Positions 18,439 through 25,788 of a DNA stretch of 47,309 nt are shown piece by piece. The notes beneath the pieces were generated by a model that saw nothing but the letters and a program-made list of their open reading frames with translations, was not told the origin of the DNA and made no database searches. This stretch comes from Thermoplasmata archaeon (GTDB lineage Archaea; Thermoplasmatota; Thermoplasmata; RBG-16-68-12; JAGMCJ01), in NCBI GenBank assembly GCA_023130895.1, contig JAGMAI010000020.1, forward strand, positions 1-47,309, written 5' to 3'. The position numbers were made by a program, and so were the translations under genes. Position 1 is the first letter of the stretch, and every line of letters begins with the position of its first letter.

Positions 18439-19227
18439 ATGAAGCAGAAGAGAAGAAGGAAGGTGGGACGCAGGACGATTACTGGAGCGAACTTCAAGGA
18501 GACAATGGCGCTCTACTTCCTCATTGAAAGTGAGAACGAGCCCACACACGCTTCAGGAATTGCCCAGGGACTCGGAGACCTGGGGCTTTCTGTCCTTCTC
18601 CCAGATGGCAGCGCTCCTCTGTCGATTAGCCGGAGATGGAGCCGGGCGGTTTGTGAGAAGCTCGTGAAGGATGGTATCTTGACCTATGAAGAACGCAAGG
18701 TTCCACGCCAGAAACAGCCAGTGAAGTTCTACAAGATTATCGAGAGCCTGGATGCACTGAGGGATCTGGTTCCGAGGGTAATGCCTCTCTTTGGTAGCAA
18801 GGTCATCACGAAGGAATTCGTGCAGGAAATCTTGGAGAAGGAACTCATAGGGGACCTCGAAAGCCACTACTCTGTCCGTCTCCACGATGAGGCTAGAGAG
18901 AGCATATTGACTCTGGTCTTCTCGTCCACGCGAGCTCTTGAGCTAGCTCTCCGTCGACCTGAACTTCCTCCATATGAAGACTTGACCGAGGAGGAACGCG
19001 ACGAACAGATTGCCAATGACCTTGTCGGAGTACTTCTCGCTGGTCTTGTTAGTGATCTCTCGGAACGGGACCTCTGGTGGAGAGAGCAACTCGTGGATAG
19101 TATCGACCTGTACATACAAGCGACGTTCAGAATCGGGAAGGCAAAGGCAACGATAGAATCATCCCTTGCCTACGCTAGCAAGAAGAAACCCAGGATACTG
19201 GACAAGTTGAGAGGAAGGGGGTCTTGA
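18439..19227 (+). CDS. Possible PadR-like winged-helix protein
   Basis: 262 aa. ALYFLIESENEPTHASGIAQGL ... CEKLVKDGILTYEERKVPRQKQPVKFYKI resembles the PadR recognition helix and wing. The stop overlaps the next start. Confidence 0.45.
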   Translation: MKQKRRRKVGRRTITGANFKETMALYFLIESENEPTHASGIAQGLGDLGLSVLLPDGSAPLSISRRWSRAVCEKLVKDGILTYEERKVPRQKQPVKFYKIIESLDALRDLVPRVMPLFGSKVITKEFVQEILEKELIGDLESHYSVRLHDEARESILTLVFSSTRALELALRRPELPPYEDLTEEERDEQIANDLVGVLLAGLVSDLSERDLWWREQLVDSIDLYIQATFRIGKAKATIESSLAYASKKKPRILDKLRGRGS

Positions 19228-20729
19228 TGTTTCTGACAGGTCGCAGGAAAAGGAAGAAGGAGCGGAAGAAAGAGGAGAACAGTGGCAAGGTCTCCAAGAA
19301 GGAATCCAGAGGTCAAACCTCGGGGAAATGGTTGGTTCGGCGACGCCTTCCCAACGGCACATTGAAACACGTGGTCACACTCCCGTACAAACCAACAGCG
19401 AAGGACCTGGCCAGTTATGGTCCGGCCGAATTCATGATTCAGAGAACGGGTCGTCGGTTCTCGAAAGCCGAGAAAATCGTGATCCCTGGAAAGCCAGCGA
19501 ACGACGATTCGGTCGACAGGGTTGTGACCAACCAGATGTCCACCGAGTTCGATCGAGATGAGAAACACAGATTACAGAGACCAGTCATCACAACTAGGAG
19601 ACCGTTTTCCGAGACTGCAAGTAGAAGTGTTGTTGACAACGAGAAGGACAGTGAAGGTCAAGTTAGTTCTGGTAAGCCCCAGTTCAGTTCAAGTCAATCA
19701 TTCGCAGATAGGGCGGGCAAAGCCAGTGAGAAAAAGAAAACATTGGCAATGGAAAGGAAGACACCATCCAAACATAAGAAAGTCCGAGCCCTATCAGGTT
19801 TCGACAAGTTGAATACCGCTTTGGAGGAACTCAACGCTGCAGTGAAGCAAGCGCTGGAAGAAAAGAAGCGGACAAGAAACCGCTCGGGGCATCCTCGAGA
19901 GGGAACGTCCAACCAAACCAGAGACGTAGGCCTAGCGAAGCCGGATAGGTCATCCGAACGCCTCAGTCCGCGCGACGCGCAAGTCATCAGAAGAGGGAGG
20001 ACAAGTAGCAGAGAGTGGGTCGAAAGGAGCGAAGTTGATGGGTTTGCAGAGAGTGGTTCGGAACGGTCGAATGTTGAACACGTCTCAGACAAACGGGGTC
20101 ATATTGCCCTGGGCTCAACACACACTGACCGAGGGAGAACTGAAGATGAGCTAGCAACGTTGGAGGAACATCACAGAGTGAATCTCTCCAATGATGCTCA
20201 ATCAACCACCAAGAGGAGAGTCGTCTCATGCTCACGATGTAACAAGACTCTCATCGATGAAACTGACCTTTGGCTATCGGGAGATGAGGTGGTGAAGTGC
20301 GAGTTCTGCAGCCGTCCCTATTGCCCAGAATGTTATCGAGAACACCGATGCCCCAAGTCCGGAGTCTGCTTCCACTGCAAGGAAAGGGTGCCGAGTGATT
20401 CAGTCCACATAGAAGGATATTGCTCGAAGACCTTCTGCTCCATTCGTTGCCGAGACCTGTGCCGTCGAAAGAATGAGGACGATCCAGACTGTAAGGGATG
20501 CAAAGACACTGAGACGGATAGACAAGAGTGTCTCAAATGTGAGACCATAGTGACGGATGAGGATGGCAACATTCTCGATGATGCTATCGTGTGCCTGGAC
20601 GATGACTGTGAGTCCGTCTACTGCTCTAGGCGTTGCTTCCTTCTTGATCACAAGAGGAAAGGGCTTGACCACGAACATGTGACTTGGAAGGAGTATCTTG
20701 AGTTGGCTGATGAGGATGAGAGGGAGTAA
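19224..20729 (+). CDS. Basic / disordered protein with a C-terminal multi-CxxC zinc-finger region
   Basis: 501 aa (TTG at 19224 or ATG at 19227). The Lys/Arg/Ser-rich N-terminal 330 aa are followed by CSRCNKTL, CEFCSRPYCPECYREHRC, CFHCKE, CSIRCRDLC, CKGCKD, CLKCE and CSRRC. Confidence 0.6.
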   Translation: MMFLTGRRKRKKERKKEENSGKVSKKESRGQTSGKWLVRRRLPNGTLKHVVTLPYKPTAKDLASYGPAEFMIQRTGRRFSKAEKIVIPGKPANDDSVDRVVTNQMSTEFDRDEKHRLQRPVITTRRPFSETASRSVVDNEKDSEGQVSSGKPQFSSSQSFADRAGKASEKKKTLAMERKTPSKHKKVRALSGFDKLNTALEELNAAVKQALEEKKRTRNRSGHPREGTSNQTRDVGLAKPDRSSERLSPRDAQVIRRGRTSSREWVERSEVDGFAESGSERSNVEHVSDKRGHIALGSTHTDRGRTEDELATLEEHHRVNLSNDAQSTTKRRVVSCSRCNKTLIDETDLWLSGDEVVKCEFCSRPYCPECYREHRCPKSGVCFHCKERVPSDSVHIEGYCSKTFCSIRCRDLCRRKNEDDPDCKGCKDTETDRQECLKCETIVTDEDGNILDDAIVCLDDDCESVYCSRRCFLLDHKRKGLDHEHVTWKEYLELADEDERE

Positions 20730-20802
20730 AGTCGTTGTGATTCGAGGGCGAACTCTCGAGTAACTAGAGATTTCAGGATTGCAGACTGCACTACCACGGT
20801 AC

Positions 20803-20888
20803 GTGGGCTCGCGTTGCATTGCGATTTGTCTGCGTGGTTTCTGCGTGGTCATTTTACCACGGCCAGCATACGGTGGTCAACGTGGTAA
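20803..20888. promoter_or_regulatory. Cluster of CGTGG/CCACG-core repeats (iteron- or operator-like) in a 540-bp intergenic region
   Basis: Cores lie at 20804, 20812, 20833, 20844, 20857 and 20881. There is a tandem CTGCGTGGT at 20830-20838 and 20841-20849, an 8-bp inverted repeat TTACCACG (20854-20861) / CGTGGTAA (20881-20888), and the palindrome CCACG-GTA-CGTGG at 20804-20816. Confidence 0.4.
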
Positions 20889-21269
20889 GGAGCATGTGTT
20901 GTGCAGGCGATCCACCCCCCACTCTCCGAGCGCCTAGGATATAGGAAGCCCTGTAGAGAAGCTGCATTTGCCTGCACACTCGTGGGCAGCAAATTGGCTC
21001 TAGTTCTCTCAGTGACCACGCTAACAAGAGGACCCACGGTCACGACATCAATGGGGGGATTGTTCCTGCTTTGGGAGTACAGTGCATACAGGTCCTTCCT
21101 TTCGAGGCCCGGTCTCTCTATGCACCTCAAGAGAATCATGCTAGTCGTCTGAGTGAGACATCTTCGCGTTGAGCAATACAACAGGTTTTGTCCTCTGGTC
21201 TCAACTAGGATTCGAGGCCTAATGAATCTTCTAGGACTTCTCCATCAAACGGTCAGCAGAGGAAGATAT

Positions 21270-22457
21270 ATGAGTCTTCCTCTCATTCGTGAAGTCAGCA
21301 TATCGGTGAGTCGCATGCCATGGATATTCGTCTATGGGTCTCTCATGTGGGACGAGGTTCCATTTCGTTTCGAGGAGAGAACTGATGGAGCAATTCTCAA
21401 GGGTTACCATAGAGAGTTCAACAAAGGCTCTTGGAAACGTTGGGGCACAAGAATCCTTCCTGGTCCCACTCTCGGCCTCGAGGAAGGCGGCGAATGCGTG
21501 GGAACACTGTTTGAGGTCTCTGAGGATGAAGTCCCTCACGCGGTTGAGGCTTTGAAAGAACGTGAAGGACCCTCATTCATAGAGGAACCCCTGGATGTTG
21601 TTGCCGGCAACAAAAGAGTGAAAGCAACTGTTCTTGTGAACAGGAAAGATAGGAAGACCTACATTGGAGATGTTCCGGTTGAGACAAGAGTCCTCATGAT
21701 AAGAGAGGCCAAAGGCACTGCTGGTCGATGTTTGGACTACGTTCGCAACCTTACGGAGAAGTTGGACGAGTTGGGAATTGTCGATTCTTATGTTCGTCGA
21801 ATTGTAGGTCTTCTTGAGAGTATCCCGCACGCGTCAATCTGCAAGCGGGGAGACTTGCTCTTGGAGTCCTTCACGAATGGCTCAGGACCTGCCTATGAGG
21901 AATATCAAGAGGAATTTCGCGGAAGAGAAGAGAAATACCTCAGAGTGGTGCTTCGTAGCGACCTAATCTTGTTCAAACACTACTTCTCTGAGTGTCAAGT
22001 GGACTATTGGCTATACAGATGCGCACATTCCTCGGAGGATTGTGGCGGCTCATTCCCCAGGGAAGACCTTGTCGAGTGGATTGATAGCGAACTTGAGCGG
22101 GTCAAGGAGGTAGGGCATGCCACTTCCCTATTTCGAGAGGACAACTCAATCTGTCTTGCCCATACGGAGGTGGATCCGGTGTTTAGGCGAAGAGGAGTGG
22201 CGACCTGGCTGACCAAATTCCACATCGATTACTACTATCCTGGACAGAGCTATCATTCAGTCTGGGCAGAGGCCAGAACCGATGAATCGAAGAGATTCTC
22301 AGAGAAGATTGGTTTGGTGAGAGTTGGAGAGGACCCTGGGTTTGGCCACTGGTATATGCGTCTAGATCCCCCAAGGAGACTGAGTTTCTCAACGGATTGC
22401 ACGGTAGAAGCCCTGTCTGAAAGAATCAAGAACATCACCCCGAGGATCTTCCATTGA
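21270..22457 (+). CDS. ChaC-like gamma-glutamylcyclotransferase domain fused to a C-terminal GNAT acetyltransferase-like domain
   Basis: The N-terminus has WIFVYGSLMWDE, ILKGYHREFNK, GTRILPGPTLGLEEGGECVG and ALKEREG, the ChaC/GGCT pattern. The C-terminus has VDPVFRRRGVATWL, the GNAT motif A. The ATG at 21270 follows GAGGAA; the ORF track starts at a GTG at 21153. Confidence 0.65.
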   Translation: MSLPLIREVSISVSRMPWIFVYGSLMWDEVPFRFEERTDGAILKGYHREFNKGSWKRWGTRILPGPTLGLEEGGECVGTLFEVSEDEVPHAVEALKEREGPSFIEEPLDVVAGNKRVKATVLVNRKDRKTYIGDVPVETRVLMIREAKGTAGRCLDYVRNLTEKLDELGIVDSYVRRIVGLLESIPHASICKRGDLLLESFTNGSGPAYEEYQEEFRGREEKYLRVVLRSDLILFKHYFSECQVDYWLYRCAHSSEDCGGSFPREDLVEWIDSELERVKEVGHATSLFREDNSICLAHTEVDPVFRRRGVATWLTKFHIDYYYPGQSYHSVWAEARTDESKRFSEKIGLVRVGEDPGFGHWYMRLDPPRRLSFSTDCTVEALSERIKNITPRIFH

Positions 22458-22773
22458 CTAGGGGCTCCTGACTGTGCATTCGGTCTGGTGTGATGCGAGT
22501 ATATTCGATATAGCCAGACTTACTGTGAGGTGGCTGAGATGGGAATGGCCTATGAAGATTGGCCACTCGAAGGGCAACCAATGAGCAAGCCTTGCAGAGA
22601 ACATGGATTCCACAAGCTCCTCAGCTTGATGACCTTCGATGAGGAGGCAAGTGTGGTCTTGGATACGTGTCTAACGCACGGAAATGAGTGTGTTGGAACT
22701 AGTGATGTGATTAGATTGTTGCATTCCCACCGCATGCTCGAAGGGGTCCTATTCCTTTCCGTAGCGATTGGTC

Positions 22774-23709
22774 TCAGATCTCACAGGAGAATCGGGGATT
22801 CTCGGCATAGGACGTGATAGTTGTTCTGAGCAAATCGAAAAGCAATGAGCTGCATCCGATATAGAAGTCACGAGCTTCCAAGAGACCCCTACCTCCATGG
22901 AATACTTGGTTTCGAACGACATAGAGGCAGAGAGCCACCTTCTTCAGCTGGTCCCTGTAGTTGTCAGTCTTCAAAGACTCCTGCAGTTTCTCGCTGTAGG
23001 ATGTTCTCTCATGCCAATCAGTAAGCTCAGCACCCGCAAGAATGTCTACTGTCTCTCCATGCTTGTTCAGAATGTGAGTTATGCTTTCCTTTTCTCTCGG
23101 ATGGCCATTTAGGAGTTCATTAATCGAGACTCTATCCGTCTGTTTCCCCCGATCAGATAAGAGTCCGTAGAGAACATTGAATGAAATCCAGTACATCAGG
23201 AATTGGTCCACAGGGTCTGACAGGGAGTGACCCTTCTTGAGCCACTTGACGCATCTGTCTATCTCATCCCTCTTGTCGAGAGTGAACCTTCTCTGGTGTA
23301 ATGTGAAGGCTTTTCTTATTCTCGACGCATCCAGTGGCGCACATATTATTACGTTTCCTGCCAGTGTAGCGTATCCCGTTTTCTTTCTGTTCTCAACCTC
23401 CGCCTCATTCACTAGCTCAGGGTCAGAAAAACTCATGCCACTAGATCCCAGACTTCTCCCATCAAGTATGAGGAAATTCTCCACAAGCACGTCTTGTACG
23501 ATTTCCTGCGCAATTCTCTTTGCTTTCGCAGAGTCCACTACATCATCAATCAGTGTAAGAAAGACGTGACCTTCCGAGTCGTGCTCGCCCTTCGGACCTA
23601 GGACTATCCTCTCTCCGGAAGGAGTGGTGTGCTCTATCACCTCATTGACATGCCAATAGGTGATCTGAAAGGGGACATCCCATTCGATTCTGAACTTCCC
23701 CTCGGTCAT
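22774..23709 (-). CDS. HEPN-domain protein (Abi/Apea-like), putative RNase
   Basis: 311 aa. The C-terminal half has DQFLMYWISFNVLYG and LYVVRNQVFHGG (R-N-x-x-x-H, the HEPN catalytic motif). The start is 15 nt downstream of the preceding gene's stop. Confidence 0.55.
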   Translation of the reverse strand: MTEGKFRIEWDVPFQITYWHVNEVIEHTTPSGERIVLGPKGEHDSEGHVFLTLIDDVVDSAKAKRIAQEIVQDVLVENFLILDGRSLGSSGMSFSDPELVNEAEVENRKKTGYATLAGNVIICAPLDASRIRKAFTLHQRRFTLDKRDEIDRCVKWLKKGHSLSDPVDQFLMYWISFNVLYGLLSDRGKQTDRVSINELLNGHPREKESITHILNKHGETVDILAGAELTDWHERTSYSEKLQESLKTDNYRDQLKKVALCLYVVRNQVFHGGRGLLEARDFYIGCSSLLFDLLRTTITSYAENPRFSCEI

Positions 23710-23724
23710 GACAGATTACCACGC

Positions 23725-25788
23725 CTAATCCTCAAAGGCAGCACCACAACTAGGGCATTCAGTGGCGTCTGCGTCTACTTCATTACTGCATATTGGACAG
23801 ACATAAGAGAACGTCTCTTCGGTTTCTGGCTCTTTCGAGGATTCAGTCTCTTCTTCTCTCAGTCTCTCCAAGTTCGATTCGTAGACCTTCTCTGAGATGA
23901 ATCCATCCTCGAAGGCCCTTTCGATCCTCTCGATTCTAGCATCCGAAGCTATCTCTGGCTTCGCCTCCTCTGGTCTCTCAACGGCCATCTCATCATCTCT
24001 CTTCTTTTTGCGCTTTCTCCAGTAAGCTATCGATAAAATGAGAACCAGGAATGGGACAGTGAGGAGAATCCAGAGATAGGGAAGACCGATGTCCGAATCC
24101 TCTGCAATGACAGTATCTTCATTCTCCACATTCACCGTAATAGAGTGCGTGAAATTCTCAAGGCAATCATCCACAGCTCTGGCGGTCAGGTTGTGTTCTC
24201 CATTGGGGTGTTGTGTTGTGTCCCATTGATAGGACCATACAGACCAATTGGATGCCAACATCGTTACTGTTTGCCAGGAGCTATTATCGATTCGGATCTC
24301 AACCCCTGTCACAACACCATTCTCGTCAAAAGACGTTCCGGAGACAGTGATGGCACCATCTACCATTTCCCCGTCAGATGGTGACGTGATGTTCACGGTG
24401 GGTTTGGTGTTCACCTTGAACACCTCAGTATGAGACGTGCTCATGTCCACATCTCTAGGATTGTCAGGAAATGGAAGCGTATCATAGGACACACCCACTG
24501 TGGTGACGTTCTCAGCGGCAATGTCGACACCTTCGTAGATCCTATCAGTCACGATTATCCACTCGGATAAGCCGTGTACATCCGTTGACAATTCGTGTAG
24601 AGTCGTGAAATTGTCCTCAACCCCAACACTTGCGTTGGGAAGAGCAAAACCATTCTTGTTCTCAACCTTTACTGCCAGGAAATTCTTGACCGTGAGAGTA
24701 GAACCACTTGACATCAAGACTTTGCTGCCATCGAAACTAGTGTTCAAGGTGACCAGGTGAGATTCGCCTGCAATGTGGAAGTCCTTATGTTGAGAGATCA
24801 GGATCGTAGAATTCTCAATAAAAAGCGAAGAAGACATAATGTACAAACCAAAATCGATTTCGACCATTGTGGTGTTACTGACAACTGTTGAATTGGAGAA
24901 CGCCAAGTAGATTCCATATCCGCTTTCTTCTACACGATTGTCCAGAATGACGGTTCCCGGAGCGTGCTCCAAATAGATGCCATATCCGGTCGATAGTACT
25001 CTGTTCCCCAGTATCGTTGCAGTCGACTCTTTGAGATAGAGTCCATTGACCGCATCGGAAATCGTATTGTTGGTGATAATGGCAGAAGACCCGTAGCATT
25101 TGATGCCATAGTATGTGGTGTTCCCGATTGTGTTGCCCACAACCGAAGGAGAAGAGTGAAGAATGTCGATTCCTTTGTTTGAAACATTGACTATCCTGTT
25201 ATTCACAATGGTTGCGTTTGACTCCTGGAGGTATATTCCCTTCGTCTTGGCGTTGTCAATGATGCTGTTCTCAATTGTCGGTGACGACCGTATGCACCAT
25301 ACGCCGTAGATGGCATACTCAATCCTTGCGTATCTTATCACGCTGGAATTGCTGCTATTCTCATTGAATCTTATACTACTCCAGTCACCTGGTGCTGGTA
25401 GAGACCTATTGGAGGTAAAGATGATCCTGTTTACATCGCTACCGATGGCGAGAAGAGTCCCGTTCACCATCAATCGGGTAAAGGGGTTGAGTTTGATCAC
25501 CGTACCTGCTTCGATAACTAGGGCAACTCCATCTTCGATTGTGACGTTCGCTACTGCTACGTAGGGGCTTTCTGAGATGTTCCAAGTCGTGTCAGAGAGC
25601 ATACTACCACCTACATAAGTTGGTCCTCCTGCATCGGCACAAGGCGACTGTATCGTTATGACCATGAGAAAGAAGGACACGAAGATCAATAACATGCCTG
25701 CCCTTGTCTTGCCCTTGAGTGACTGGTGAGAATAGTCACACTCTGAATCTCCGCGAAGATCCTGTGTCATGATTATCTGGTTGGACAT
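23725..25788 (-). CDS. Type-I membrane surface protein: beta-helix (NosD/PbH1-like) ectodomain, Ig-like region, one TM helix, cytoplasmic SHOCT-like segment and zinc ribbon
   Basis: There is an N-terminal TM/signal (AGMLLIFVSFFLMVITIQ). Repeated (S/T)-x-x-I-x-(N/D)N turns follow (SPTIENSIIDN, ATIVNNRIVN, SAIITNNTISD, ATILGNRVL). The C-terminal TM is LWILLTVPFLVLILSIAYW, followed by KRKKKR. The tail is IERIERAFEDGFISEKVYESNLERL and CPICSNEVDADATECPSCG. Confidence 0.8.
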   Translation of the reverse strand: MSNQIIMTQDLRGDSECDYSHQSLKGKTRAGMLLIFVSFFLMVITIQSPCADAGGPTYVGGSMLSDTTWNISESPYVAVANVTIEDGVALVIEAGTVIKLNPFTRLMVNGTLLAIGSDVNRIIFTSNRSLPAPGDWSSIRFNENSSNSSVIRYARIEYAIYGVWCIRSSPTIENSIIDNAKTKGIYLQESNATIVNNRIVNVSNKGIDILHSSPSVVGNTIGNTTYYGIKCYGSSAIITNNTISDAVNGLYLKESTATILGNRVLSTGYGIYLEHAPGTVILDNRVEESGYGIYLAFSNSTVVSNTTMVEIDFGLYIMSSSLFIENSTILISQHKDFHIAGESHLVTLNTSFDGSKVLMSSGSTLTVKNFLAVKVENKNGFALPNASVGVEDNFTTLHELSTDVHGLSEWIIVTDRIYEGVDIAAENVTTVGVSYDTLPFPDNPRDVDMSTSHTEVFKVNTKPTVNITSPSDGEMVDGAITVSGTSFDENGVVTGVEIRIDNSSWQTVTMLASNWSVWSYQWDTTQHPNGEHNLTARAVDDCLENFTHSITVNVENEDTVIAEDSDIGLPYLWILLTVPFLVLILSIAYWRKRKKKRDDEMAVERPEEAKPEIASDARIERIERAFEDGFISEKVYESNLERLREEETESSKEPETEETFSYVCPICSNEVDADATECPSCGAAFED

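Noticed and set aside
20849-21181. 110-aa minus-strand and 83-aa plus-strand ORFs in the 20730-21270 gap
   Set aside because: They overlap each other on opposite strands and have no motif or start context. The region is better explained by its repeat and inverted-repeat content, although a small gene cannot be excluded.
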